A stretch of 64,000 nt of DNA from Malacoraja senta (Eukaryota), in NCBI GenBank assembly GCA_038087875.1, contig CM075995.1, forward strand, positions 9,364,001 through 9,428,000, read 5' to 3'. This document shows, in pieces, positions 51,158 through 63,489 of this stretch. The translations under genes were made by a program, and so were the position numbers. Position 1 is the stretch's first letter; every line of letters starts with the position of its first letter. A model generated the notes under the pieces. The model was not told the DNA's origin, did not search any database, and was given only the letters and a program-made list of their open reading frames with translations.

Positions 51158-51226
51158 TAACTTCCACTTGTCACTCAACTATTGACATCATAAAGGTCCT
51201 GTTATTTTTTGTCTGTTTTCCCGAAG

Positions 51227-51328
51227 GAAACTTGACCAAACACATGAAATCCAAGGCTCATAGCAAGAAGTGCGTGGAAATAGGAGTGTCAGCTGGTCCG
51301 TTCGATGATCAAGACACGGATGACTCAG
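51227..51328 (+). CDS. HIVEP1: HIVEP1 coding exon (102 nt, phase 1/1): (G)[33 protein letters not shown]
   Basis: Acceptor gttttcccgaag at 51226 and donor G|GTATGG at 51329. Completes the C2H2 finger begun in the previous exon (CNYC...HMKSKAH). Confidence 0.95.
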
Positions 51329-53442
51329 GTATGGATCATTCTCTCCTCATGGGTCACCTGAGCCAGTGAGTAGGATGGTCAAATAACCACAGTAGCTTTC
51401 ACTGCTTCCTGTCCCAGTACTTTTCTGTTGTCCATTTAGTTTATTCAATTGTCATGTATACCAAGGGACAGTGAAAAGCTTTTTTGTTGCTTGCTATCCA
51501 GTCAATAGAGAGAGACTATACATGATTACAATCGAGCCGCCCACCGTGTACAGAAACAGGATGAAGGGAATTAAATTTAGCGCAAGATAAAGTCCAGTCA
51601 AGTCTAATTAAAGATAGTCCGAGGGGCTCCAACGGTGTGCTTGGTAGCTCAGGACCGCTCTCAAGTTGGTGATAGGATGGTTCAGTTGCCTGATAACAGC
51701 CGATATGAAACTGTCCCATAATCTGGAAGAATGTTTTTTTAAAACTTTTCTGTACCTCTTGCCTAATGGGAGAGGGGATCGAATGGAGTGACTAGGGTGA
51801 GACTGATCCTTGATTATGCTGCTGGCCTTGCCGAGGCAGCATGAATGTAGTTGGAATCAATGGAAGGAAGGTTGGTTTGCGTGACAGTCAAGTCTATTCC
51901 ACCATTCAATCGTGGCTGATCTATCTTTCCCTCTCAACCCCTGACACCCGTACTAATCAAGAATCTGTCAATCTCCGCCTTACAAATATCCATTGACTTG
52001 GCCTCCACAGCTGTCTGTGGCAATGAATTCCACAGATTCACCACCCTCTGACTAAAGAAATTCCTCCTCATCTCCTTTCTAAAGGCACGTCCTTTAATCC
52101 TGAGGCTGTGCCCTCTGGTCCTAGACTCTCCCACTAGTGGAAACATCCTCTCCACATCCACAGGTGACAATGAAGAGATTGACAGATTCTTGATCAGTAC
52201 AGAATAAGCGAGTTCGGTATTCCGAAAAACGCAAGGAATCATGGGATTTGTCAAAGGTCGTAAGCCATATGGGTAAATACATCTCGGCGCTATACAGTGA
52301 GTATACTTTTGGTCCGATTTTTTGTCTTTTTTTCAATGGGAGACCGGGGAGGGGTAGAACGGGCGGGCAGGGGGAGACCCACAAGCTTGTTTGTACGGAG
52401 TTTGTACGTTCTCCCCATGTGGGTTTTCTCCGGGATCTCCGGATTCCTCCCACACTCTAAAGGCTTACAGATTTGCAGGTACATTGGCTTGGTATAAATG
52501 TAAATTGTCCCTAACGTATGTAGGATAGTGTTAGTGTGCGGGGATCGCTGGTCAGCGCGGACTCGGTGAGCCGAAGGGCCTGTTTCCACGCTGTATCTCT
52601 AATGTAAAGCAAACTAAACTAAACACCACAGTAAGCTTGTCTCTGCTGAATATATATTCTGGTACATTACTGAGGACATGCTGCATACCGAAGGTACCAT
52701 CTCACAGGTTAGACAATAAACATACATACCAATTGATGATTCAAAAGGATTAAAGAAAAAATCTGCTTGCTGCCCTTAAGGTCAGGATAAGTTATCTTGG
52801 TGATGCGGCACAGAAATACAATGTCATCCGTCACCTTTGGTCTGGGTGAGACGAGACAGCCCACAACTCCATATCATCAACAACTGATCACTGGCTACAT
52901 ATATATGTTGGAGCGCTGTGTGGATCTGGTGAAGTGCAAGGATTTTTATCTTTCAAGCTTTTTGTCAGGACTTCTTACACCAATAATGCAAATGTGATTC
53001 GTTCAATTTCTCAGTTTACATTGGTATTTCTTCTATGGATGGGAAAGATTTAGAGGTATATACACCAAATGTGAGCAAATGGGATTAGCATCGTGGTCGG
53101 CATGGATGAGTTGGGCTGAAGGGCCTGTTTCCGTGTTGTTTGACTTGAGTCTATCCCATTATATAAAAGAATTGCATTTACTAACCAATGTGGTTCTTTT
53201 TGTGAAATATCAATGTGCTTCTCGATTCCCCTACTCCGGAGAAAAGACCATCTATTTTCTTCATGATTTTATACATCTCTATACGATCACGCCTCAGTTT
53301 CCTGCACTCCAAGGAATAAAGTCCTCGCCCGCCCAATCATTCCTTATAGCTCAGGCCTTCATATCCAGGTATCATCCTTGTGAATCTTCTCTGCACTCTT
53401 TCCAGCTTAACCACCCCCATCATATATCTTGTGAAGATAGAC

Positions 53443-53686
53443 ACAGAGTGCTGGAGTAACTCACCGGTCAGCCAGCATCTGTGGAGAACATGGATAGGTG
53501 ACGTTTCACAGAGTGCTGGAGTAACTCAGTGGGTCAGGCAGCATCTGTGGAGAACATGGATAGGTGACGTTTCACAGAGTGCTGGAGTAACTCAGTGGGT
53601 CAGGCAGCATCTGTGGAGAACATGGATAGGTGATGTTTCACAGCGTGCTGGAGTAACTCAGCGGGTCAGGCAGCATCTGTGGAGAA
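53443..53686 (-). repeat. Tandem array, about 4 x 66 bp, reverse complement of the 43916 array unit
   Basis: acagagtgctggagtaactc...ggataggtgacgtttc units start at 53443, 53508, 53574 and 53640. Confidence 0.9.
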
Positions 53687-55734
53687 AAAGAATAGGCCGA
53701 ACCCTTCTTTAGGTTAAAACCCTTCTTCAGACTAACAGTCACTCCAGTAAGTGGCAACATCTCTTCTCAAGGGTGATTGACCCAGCCCCACCAATGTCCC
53801 GGCAACAGGGTGGAGATTATGTTGGCAACTTTTGTACAATGGCTCCGAGTGAGGTGGCTTTTCTGCTCGAAGTAAGGGACGGGATGTCCGTGGGAAATGT
53901 GGAACAGTGAGCTTTACATAGAAACATAGATTTTATGTTTACATAGATACATAGAAACACTTTAAATACATGTTGGGATGTGTCAACATATTCACAAGGA
54001 TGTTGCCAGGACTCACGGGTCTGAGCTATAGGGAGATGTTAAGCAGGCTAGGACTCTATTCCTTGGAGCGCAGGAGGATGAGGGGTTCGTAAGTTCATGT
54101 TTTTAAGTGATAGGAGAAAAATTAGGCCATTTGGCCCATCAAGTCAACTCCGCCATTCAATCATGGCTGATCTATCTCTCCCTCATAACACCATTCTCCT
54201 GCCTTCTCCCCATAACCCCAGCCACCCGTACTCATCAAGAGTCTATCTGTCTCTGCCTTAAAAATATCCACTGACTTGGCCTCCACAGGGTGATCTTATG
54301 GAGGTGGACAAAATCATGAGAGGAATAGATTGGGTACACACACAGAGTCTCTTGCCCAGAGTAGGGGAATCGAGGACCAGACGGCATAGGTTTAAGGTGA
54401 GGGGGGAAAGATTGAATAGGAAACTGAAGGGTAACTTTTTGATACAAAGATTGGTGGGTGTATGAAACGAGCTGCTGCAGGAAGTAGTTGAGGCAGGTAA
54501 TATCTCAAAGTCTAAGAGACATTTAATCAGGTACATGGATAGGATAGGTTTAAAGGGGAATGGGCCTAATGCAGGCAGGTGGGACTGGTGTAGGTTGGTC
54601 GGTGTGGGCAAGTTCGGCCGATCAGTCTGCATTCCAGTAGTCAAAGAGAAAGGATAAGGAATGTTTTAATAACAACTAGAATTGAATAGTATTTGCTAAT
54701 GCTTCACTCATTTGAAATGCCGGGGTAAACAGCAATAGCTGTTTCTGATCCTAAATGATTCAACATAGTCTCACACCAAGTTGCATATGTTGGGGGATGG
54801 AATTTAACGATGTCCTCATTGACCTTGGCTGTATTTGTTTGGCCATGAAACGTTTTGAGGGAACAAGAAACTGCAGCGGTAGAGTTGCCGCCTTACAGCG
54901 CCAGAAACCCGGGTTCGATCCTGACCTCGGGCGCTGTCTGTACGGAGTTTGCACATTCTCCCGGAGACCTCGTGGGTTTTCTCTTGGTGCTCCGGTTTCC
55001 TCCCACACTCCAAAGACGTACAGGTTTGTAGGTTGATTGGCCTCGGTACATTGTAAATTGTCCCTAGTGTGTGAAGGATAATGCCAATGTACGGGGTGAT
55101 CGCTGGGCAGTGTGCGCCGAAGGGCCTGTTTCCATGCTGTATCTCTAAAGTCTGAGATGCTGGTTAGCACAAAAGGACACAAAGTGCTAGAGTAACCTAG
55201 CGGGTCAGGCAGCATTTCTGAAGTGGGGACCCCCCTTTTTTTGAGACATTTCACCCGTATCATTTGGGCGTCACTTCTAATCCTGATTCTTTTAGTAGTC
55301 TCCTCCCACAGTCAACTTTATGGCCATTGCAGATAGTAGAACTACTTTCCTTCCCTTCATCTCAAAAATAAAAAATTCCAATGGTGCATTTTAGAATCTC
55401 CCAAGGGCTGCCAGAATTTCCAATCAACCATGTTTTCTTTTAGACTTCAGAGACACAGCGTAGAAAGTGGCCCTTTGGCTCACCGAGTCCATGGTGACCA
55501 GTGGTCACCCCATACATGGCTGGTCAGAAAGCATCTCTTGTGCTGTACTGATCTATGTTTAAGAAAGAATTGCAGATGCTGGTAAAATCAAAGATAGACA
55601 CAAAATGCTGGAGTAACATAGCAGGTGAGGCAGCATCTATGGAGAGAAGGAATTGCCGATGTTTCGGGTCGAGACACTTCTTCAGACTGATCTATGTACT
55701 GCTCTATGTTCAGTTGGAGGAAATAAGTACTACA

Positions 55735-56546
55735 TACACAGACACACGCATGCGCACACAAACGCAGACGCGCACGCACACACACACGCACGCAGACAAA
55801 CGCAGGCACACACACACAAACGCAGTCACACGCACACACAAACGCAGACACACAAACGCAGACACACACACAAACATATACACAGACACACACACAAACG
55901 CAGACACATACACACAAACGCAGACACACACACAAACTCAGGGACACAGACACACACACACAAATGCATGCACACACACACATCCACACACATAAACACT
56001 AACACAGACACACACAAGCAGACAAACACACAAATGCAGACAAACACACAAATGCAGACACACACACAAACGCAGACACACACAAACACAGACAAACACA
56101 CAAACACAGACACACACACAAACACAGACACACACACACAAACACAGACACACACACAAACGCAGACATACACACACAAACGCAGACACACACAAACACA
56201 TACACACAAACGCAGACACACATACAAACGCACACACACACAAACACAGACACACACACACATGCAGACACACACACAAACGCAGACACACACAAACGCA
56301 GACACACACACAAACGCAGACACACACACAAACGCAGACATACACACACAAACGCAGACACACACAAACACATACACACAAACGCAGACACACATACAAA
56401 CACACACACACACAAACACAGACACACACACACATGCAGACACACACACAAACGCGCACACACACAAACGCGCACACACACAAACACAGACACACGCACA
56501 AACGCAGACACACACACAAACGCAGACACACACATACAGACACAAA
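55735..56546. repeat. Compound (CA)-rich microsatellite, about 810 bp
   Basis: (CA)n interspersed with aacgcaga and aacacaga units. Confidence 0.97.
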
Positions 56547-57130
56547 CTCAAAATGAGTTTGTTATCATTCAGTGGAGCAGATGGATATGGGTTAATTGTG
56601 GGTTGTGTGCATCAGTCCCATATCATCCAATTCAATCATTCTTTTGTGGAAACACAAAGACATTGGTGATAAAGAGTTAATAGCTGCTTTGGTATGAAAC
56701 GATGTTGAATCATTACAGGATGAGGAACAGGTATTTTGCTGTTTACCCTGGGATTTCAAATTAGTGCAGCATTAGCAAATACTTTTCAATTCACAGTTGT
56801 TGTTAAAGCATTCCTTGTGGTATCTTTGATTTGTTGGAATGCAGGTTGTCACCCAGTGTTAGACTGCAGTGTGTGGAACCTGAGTAGCAGTGCTTTAGAT
56901 GTGTGGGCTCCATGAGAGGCAGGTGCACAGTGTAATATGACCCCAGGTAGAGAGAGCCACAAGAATTTGTCATTGGGATGGTTCTTTGCCACTGATGTAG
57001 ACTTTGTGATTGATTGGTGTATAACAGGTGCGCCCACAACAGTTAAACCTTTACAATTATTGCCTTTGTCTTTGTAGGATTATCAACCAAATGTTTTATA
57101 CTTTAAAAAAATGGAGAAAGCCTACACATA

Positions 57131-57207
57131 CAGTGCCCTCCATAATGTTTGGGACAAAGACCCGTCCTTTATTTATCTCTTTGTCCCAAACATTATGGAG
57201 GGCACTG
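57131..57207. mobile_element. 77-bp Tc1-derived mini-element
   Basis: Perfect 30-bp TIRs (cagtgccctccataatgtttgggacaaaga) identical to the Tc1 end at 15225-15254, with TA on both sides. Confidence 0.92.
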
Positions 57208-57291
57208 TATAATGGTGGAGGACTTCACCCAATAGGCACAGAGATTTCCACTGTTGCCATGCATTAAATATACATTTTAAAACTGATTTAA

Positions 57292-57611
57292 GGGCGGCAC
57301 GGTGGCGCAGCGGTAGAGTTGCTGCCTTACAGTGCTTACAACATCAGAGACCCAGGTTCGATCCCGGCTAAGGGTGCCGACTGTGCGGAGTTTGCACGTT
57401 CTCCCCGTGATCTGCGTGGGTTTTCTCCGAGATCTTCGGTTTCCTCCCACACTCCAAAGACGTACAGGGGTTGTAGGTTAATGGCTTGGTATAAATGTAA
57501 AAATTGTCCCTCATGTAGGATAGTGTTAAGATGTGGGATCGCTGGTCGGTGTGGACTCTGTGGGCCGAAGGGCCTGTTTCCGCACTGTACCTCTAAACCA
57601 AACTAAACTAA
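57292..57611 (+). mobile_element. Full-length V-SINE (HE1-like)
   Basis: A box tggcgcagcgg (57303), B box ggttcgatccc (57355), V-domain ggagtttgcacgttctccccgtg...ggtttcctcccac and an (AAACT)n tail. Confidence 0.88.
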
Positions 57612-58840
57612 AGATAGACACAAAGTGCTGGAATAACTGAGCAGGCCAGCAGCATCTCTGGAGAAAAGGAATAGATGATGTTTCAAGTCGAGACCCTTCT
57701 TCAGACTGGGTACAAGCTAGTTCTAATGATCCCATTTACAGTCTTTGAATACTGCCATTAAATAATCACTGCAGTGCACTCACATCTGGCTGCAGATGTT
57801 CAGGAAGTTTAGAATGATTTTTGTTTTGCAGTGTGTATTGTCGACAGACAAATAGAACTGTATTTTCTCCAGGGCTGTGTTGCGGATGTTAGATTGGAGT
57901 TTAAAATCATTCATTTTTCCTGCTTTCATCTTATGACCATTGTTCGTTTGAAGTTTTCATCAAACATTTTAGATTTGGCATCATTAAAAAAACCCATTTA
58001 ATTAAAACTAGAGAATAGAAACTTTAGACTTTATTCTTTAGACTTTAGACATACAGCACAGAAACAGGCTCTTCGGCCCACCGTGTCCGCGCCGACCAGC
58101 ATTCACCCCGTACACTAGCACTGTTCTGCACACCAGGGACAATTTATAATCTTAATGAAGCCAATTAACCTACACCCTGTACGTCTTTGGGAATGTGGGA
58201 GAAAACCCACGCAGTCATAGGGAGAAGATACAAACTCTGTACAGACAGCACCTGTAGACAGGATCGAACCTGGGTCTCTGCCGCTGCAACTCTACCACTG
58301 CACCTAAATAGGTGCTTTAAGATGGCAGAAATAGTTGTGATGCAGTACAATTGCTTGAAGTACTTTCATGAAAACTCCCCGCATCATTGCTTCTGATTCA
58401 TATCAATGTTTGCTACCATTCCCATTCAACTGGTTATTCAATGACTAACATAAATTGGACATTTTTCATACAATTATTTTGACACTTTCCTACTGCCTTC
58501 TACTATACAAATTAAATGAGGAAAATGTTACCAAAGTATAAATATTGTGAGCTCGAAACATCATTTATTTTAAAGTATTCTTGTACCGTCGTACGTAACG
58601 TGGTGAAGTACGGCTGACATTTGCAGTGAGTTTGCAGTCTGCTTTTATCCTTTGAATGAGCTGCCTGCTGCTGTAATGTGGGCAGTAAATTGACCAATTA
58701 CTCCTCCGCTGCCACTTACACACTTACAACTGACCACTGAGGGTGATTCCAGCAATGCAAGACAAACTCTTTCTCTGCTTTTTTAGTTTGTAGGAAGCTT
58801 TTTTTTTAAAAGAAAAAGCCACTATCCATTCATGGTATGT

Positions 58841-59029
58841 TTAAGAAGAAACTGCAGATGCTAGAAAATAGAAGGTAGACAAAAATGCTGGAGAAACTCA
58901 GCGGGTGAGGCAGCACCTATGGAGCGAAGGAAATAGGGTCGAGAGCCAAGGGTCTTGACCCAAAATGTCGACTATTTCCTTCGCTCCATAGATGCTGCCT
59001 CACCCACTGAGTTTCTCCAGCATTTTTGT
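58841..59029. mobile_element. Palindromic Penelope-terminal-repeat-derived element with TSD
   Basis: Inverted arms gacaaaaatgctggagaaactcag / ctgagtttctccagcatttttgtc. cattcatggtatgt is duplicated at 58827-58840 and 59038-59051. Confidence 0.75.
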
Positions 59030-59080
59030 CCACCATTCATTCATGGTATGTCTTTATCCTGTGTTATTAGAAGCTATTAG

Positions 59081-59520
59081 AGTCATGGAGTGATACAGCG
59101 TGGAAACAGGCCCTTCAGCCCAACTTGCCCACACTGGCCAACATGTCCCATCTACACTAGTCATAGAGTGATACAGCATGGAAACAGGCCCTTCAGCCCA
59201 ACATGTCCCATCTACACTAGTCATAGAGTGGACTCACCAGCCAACATGTCCCATCTACACTAGTCATAGAGTGATACAGCATGGAAACAGGCCCTTCGGC
59301 CCAACTTGCCCACACTGGCCAACATGTCCCATCTACACTAGTCATAGAGTGATACAGCATGGAAACAGGCCCTTCAGCCCAACTTGCCCACACTGGCCAA
59401 CATGTCCCATCTACACTAGTCATAGAGTGATACAGCATGGAAACAGGCCCTTCAGCCCAACATGTCCCATCTACACTAGTCATAGAGTGGACTCACCAGC
59501 CAACATGTCCCATCTACACT
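59081..59520 (-). repeat. Higher-order tandem array of a CR1 3' tail (units of 78-60-43-78-78-60-43 bp)
   Basis: All units run agtcat(a/g)gag...catctacact. The array is contiguous with the CR1 fragment at 59521-59780. Confidence 0.88.
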
Positions 59521-60875
59521 AGTCCCACCTGCCCGCGTTTGGTCCATATCCCTCCAAACCTGTCCTATCCATGCACCTGTCTTTTAACTGTTTTTTCAAT
59601 GTTGTGATAGTCCCAGCCTCAACTACCTCCTCTAGCAGCTCGTTCCATGCACCCACCACCCTCTGTGTGAAAAAGTTACCCCTCAGATTCCTTTTAAATC
59701 TTTTCCCCTTCATCCTGAACCTATGTCCTCGATTCACCTACTCTGGGCAAGAGACTCTGTGCATCCACCCAATCTATTCCTTTTATTTTTCTTGCTCATG
59801 TTGCATGAGTCATGCTTGGCTGAGATATTTAAACATGAAATGAAAATGCTAAACATCTTTTCTTTCTTCCAGAAGAGGCAGGCAATTAATACTTTATGGG
59901 GAGGAGAGCTTGTAATGTTAGCAGCTAGAACTACATTTCGCCTTTGATCTGTGTTCATTGTTAATCTCAGCAGGCAAGGGTAAACGCACATTTACAATGT
60001 CATGTTCAGTTTTGGTCGCCATGTTATGGGAAAGACGTTGTCAAGCTTGAAAGGGTGCAGAGAAGATTTACCAGGATGTTGCCAGGTAAATTACCAGCTC
60101 CAGGGAGAGGTTGAGCAGGCTAGGAGGGGGGGCCATTTTATAGAGGTGTACTAAATCATGAGAGGAATAGACCAGGTAAACGCCAGAGTCCGTTGCCCAG
60201 AGCAGGGGAATCGAGAACCAGAGGACAGGTTTGTGAGGGGAAAAAAGATTTAATAGGAACCTGAGGGGTAACTTTTTTTTACACAAAACGGTGGTGGGTG
60301 TACGGAACGAGCAGCTGGAGGAGGAAGTCGAGGCAAGTACGTTTAAGAAACATTTAGACAGGGACATGGATAGGATAGGTTTAGAGGAATAAAGTGAATG
60401 CTCACAACCTTTTTCCCAGCATAGAGGATTCTAAAACTAGAGAACATAGACTTAAGGTGAGAGGGGAAAGATTTAAGATGGATATCAGGGGAACATCTTC
60501 ACTGAAAGAGTAGTCTGTATTTGGTTTTACCTTGCACTAAACGTTATTCCCTTATCATGTATCTATACACTGTGAATGGCTTGATTGTAATCATGTGTTG
60601 TCTTTCCGCTGACTGGTTAGCACGCAACAAAAGCTTTTCACTGTACCTCGATACACGTGCCAATAAACTGACCTGAAATTGAATAACCTGACCAGAAAAG
60701 CTATAGCAGCGGATACAGTAATTACCTTTATAAGACATTTGGACAGATATATGGATAGGAAGGGGTTAGAGGGCCAAATGGGACTACCCCAATGTGCTAA
60801 CTTGCTTGTCATGGACAAGCTGGGCCTGGTTCCATGCTGTACAGCTCTATGACTCTTAAGAGAAATAAGATTGAA

Positions 60876-62411
60876 TTAGACTAAGTGGGACCTGTTGGGT
60901 CCCTGTCACACGGGAGGCTTGGTCCCCCAACGTAACACGGTCCCCAATGCAATATTCCACCACTCACCCGTTCTCCCAATGCAATCTAGTAGTAAGTAAG
61001 TAAGTAAGTTTTATTTATATAGCACGTTTTAAGTCAACTCGCATTGACACCAAAGTGCTTTACATAAAATAAATAATAAGTTTCCATACAAACCATAGAA
61101 AAAGGTTAAAAAAGAAAACAAATGGACACAACACATTATAGGGTTCAACACAAACGTCCCCCCACAGCAGAATCAACATTTTCCACTGTGGGGAATCTGT
61201 CCCCCCACCAACGCAATATTGCACCACTCATGCATAGCCCCCTGACTGCGCACGCACGGCTCATTTCCCCTCAACCCCCACCACTCCATCTTCCCTCTTC
61301 TTTCCCCTCCCCAATCCCTCCCTCACCTCTCTCTCCCTCTCCTTTCCCCTACCCTCAGTCATGCCCTCCATAACTCCTCTCCCTTCCCTACCCCCTCCTC
61401 TCCCTCTATCCCCCTCTCCTCACCCCTTCCTCTCCCTCAATCCCCCCACTCTCCCTCCTCCCCTCCCCAGGATATTTCCCCTCTCCTCCTCCCCTCCCCC
61501 AATCCCTCTCTCACCTCTCCCTCCCTCTCCTTTCCCCTATCCTCAGTCACTTCCTCCCTCCATAAAAAGCAGCATCTACAGTTCCTTCCTCCACAGGTCA
61601 TTCATTGTTAGCTGTGGTTTAGATCCCGTTGACTTGACGATTGGACCAGTTTGCATCATGTGTGTGTGTGTGTGTGTGTTACTCAAACTCCGCGCAAACT
61701 GCTTGGCCACCCTGCAACCCGACTCACTCTCCCTCCCTCTGCCCACTCCAGCTCAGCCGCTACTCAGCCCATCCCCACCCTGTCCGACCGCCCACTGCTG
61801 CCGCTCAGCCCATCCCCGCCCTGCCTGCCCGCCTACCTGCTCGCTGTTGCGGCCGGGCCACAAGGGGGGATGGAGTCGGTGTTGGTCACGGTGGGCACCA
61901 CGGGTTTCGATGAGCTGGTGGAGGAGATCTCCGAGAGGGCCGTGAGGGGGAGTTTCCGCAACGGCGGCAGCGGAGGAGATGGACCCGGGGGGACGGGTAG
62001 ACGGGACCGCTATTGCCACAGAGGGTGTGCGGGGGAGAGGGGTGAGTGATGAGGGAGAGAGAGACGGGACCAGAGCCTCCACTGGGTCACTGAACCCGCG
62101 GCCGTCGCCGGTGGGGCAGGAAGGGGCTTCGCCGTCCCAGCCGTGGCATTGACTGACAGGAGAGCAGACCAATCTGCGTGGTGCTGACTGAAGGAATCTG
62201 CGCATGCGTGTTTTTAAAGATTTTTAAACCTCGATAACTTTTATTATATACCACCGATCAGAACGAAACTTGTTGCACTCGCAGTACAGGAGAACGGTGA
62301 GTAAACTGGCGAAAAATTGTAGGACTATCGCGTACCGTTTTTGCGGAAATAGCAAAACCCGCAAACCGGAAGATCACAAGATCAGAGTTTTAGTTATGTA
62401 TAGAGGATAGA
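60876..62411 (-). mobile_element. Non-autonomous Helitron (about 1.5 kb) with captured sequence
   Basis: The minus strand starts A^TCTATCCTCTATACATAAC (62411) and ends GGGACC-CAACA-GGTCCC hairpin, then 11 nt ending CTAA^T (60876). No TSD; inserted between A and T. Confidence 0.78.
61870..61950 (+). pseudogene. ALG13: ALG13-like 5' coding fragment (MESVLVTVGTTGFDELVEEISERAVRG)
   Basis: VTVGTTxFDxL directly after an ATG matches the recalled N-terminus of the ALG13 UDP-GlcNAc transferase (MKCVFVTVGTTSFDDL). No downstream ALG13 exons seen. Confidence 0.72.
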
Positions 62412-62538
62412 TACAATGTGGCCCAAGTAAATTGGAATCAAAGCTTAGCTGGGAAAGCTCATTGAACACTGGGACACCTTTAAGATGAAGATGTTTCCTT
62501 TGCAACGTAGATACATTCCTTAGTTTAGTTTATTGTCA

Positions 62539-62858
62539 AAGCCCTGTCCCACTGTACGAGTTCATTCCAAGAGCTCTCCCGAGTTTGCCCTGATTCGAAC
62601 TCGGAGATTTACGGTAATGGCCGCTCGTAGGTACTCGGGGCTCTCGTGAACATTTTTCAACATGTTGAAAAATCTTCACGAGTCTTCACGAGCTTACTAT
62701 GTTTCCCAAGTACCTGCCGTTAGCATTACGAGCCTCTAAGAGACGTCCCCGAGCTCCGACGTACCCGCTACATTCATTCTACGTGCTTACCACGAGTTTG
62801 ATTTTTTTTTTAAACTCGGGGGAGCTCTTGAATGAACTCGTACAGTGGGACAGGGCTT
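62539..62858. mobile_element. Harbinger-type MITE (320 bp)
   Basis: TIR aagccctgtcccactgtacgagttcatt / aatgaactcgtacagtgggacagggctt. TCA duplicated at 62536-62538 and 62859-62861. Confidence 0.85.
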
Positions 62859-63489
62859 TCACATGTACCGAGACTAAAGACTAGCAGCAAATGTAAAGAG
62901 GAATCCAAAAAATATTATAAATAGATAACCAGGAAAAAGGTTAAATGAGAAGAGGTGGGTCAGTCGATGACCAGAAAGAAGTCTATTCACGAAGGCAAGG
63001 ATGCCGTTCACGATTTTTAGTTTGTTTTGGGTGGCACGATGGCGGAGCTGTGGAGCTGCTGCCTCACAGCGCCACAGACCCGGGTTCGACAATTTAACAT
63101 TTAACCGAGCCAATCAGGCTTGCAACTCAATAGAAGGAATGGGTGATGCTTCAAGTCGAGACCCTTCTACCAACTGAGAGTCAGGGGAGAGGTAGACACA
63201 GGGATATGGAAGGGTGAGGTGTGAAAACGAGAGATCAGAGGGGCGAAGATCAAGGAAAAAGTAGAGCAGTTCATTGTTAGCTGAGGGGAAGGCTTCTCTT
63301 CTTCTGTCGTGTGTCTTTTAGATCTGCAGCTCCGTTGAGGTGAGCCAGGCCAACGTGTCATCGTCCAGGTCAATCAGACCTCGTTCACCATTCGGTGGCC
63401 GGTGTTTGGGGCAACTGGTGACGATGTGCTCCACTGTCTGTGTTGGGTCCCCACACTCGCTGTCCACGAGGCCCCACCTTGAGGGGAAG

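Noticed and set aside
55555..56669. Long ORFs rich in T/H/Q or C/V
   Set aside because: Translations of the CA microsatellite.
57292..57370. tRNA gene-like sequence with A and B boxes
   Set aside because: It is the head of a V-SINE, continuing into the V-domain and LINE-like tail.
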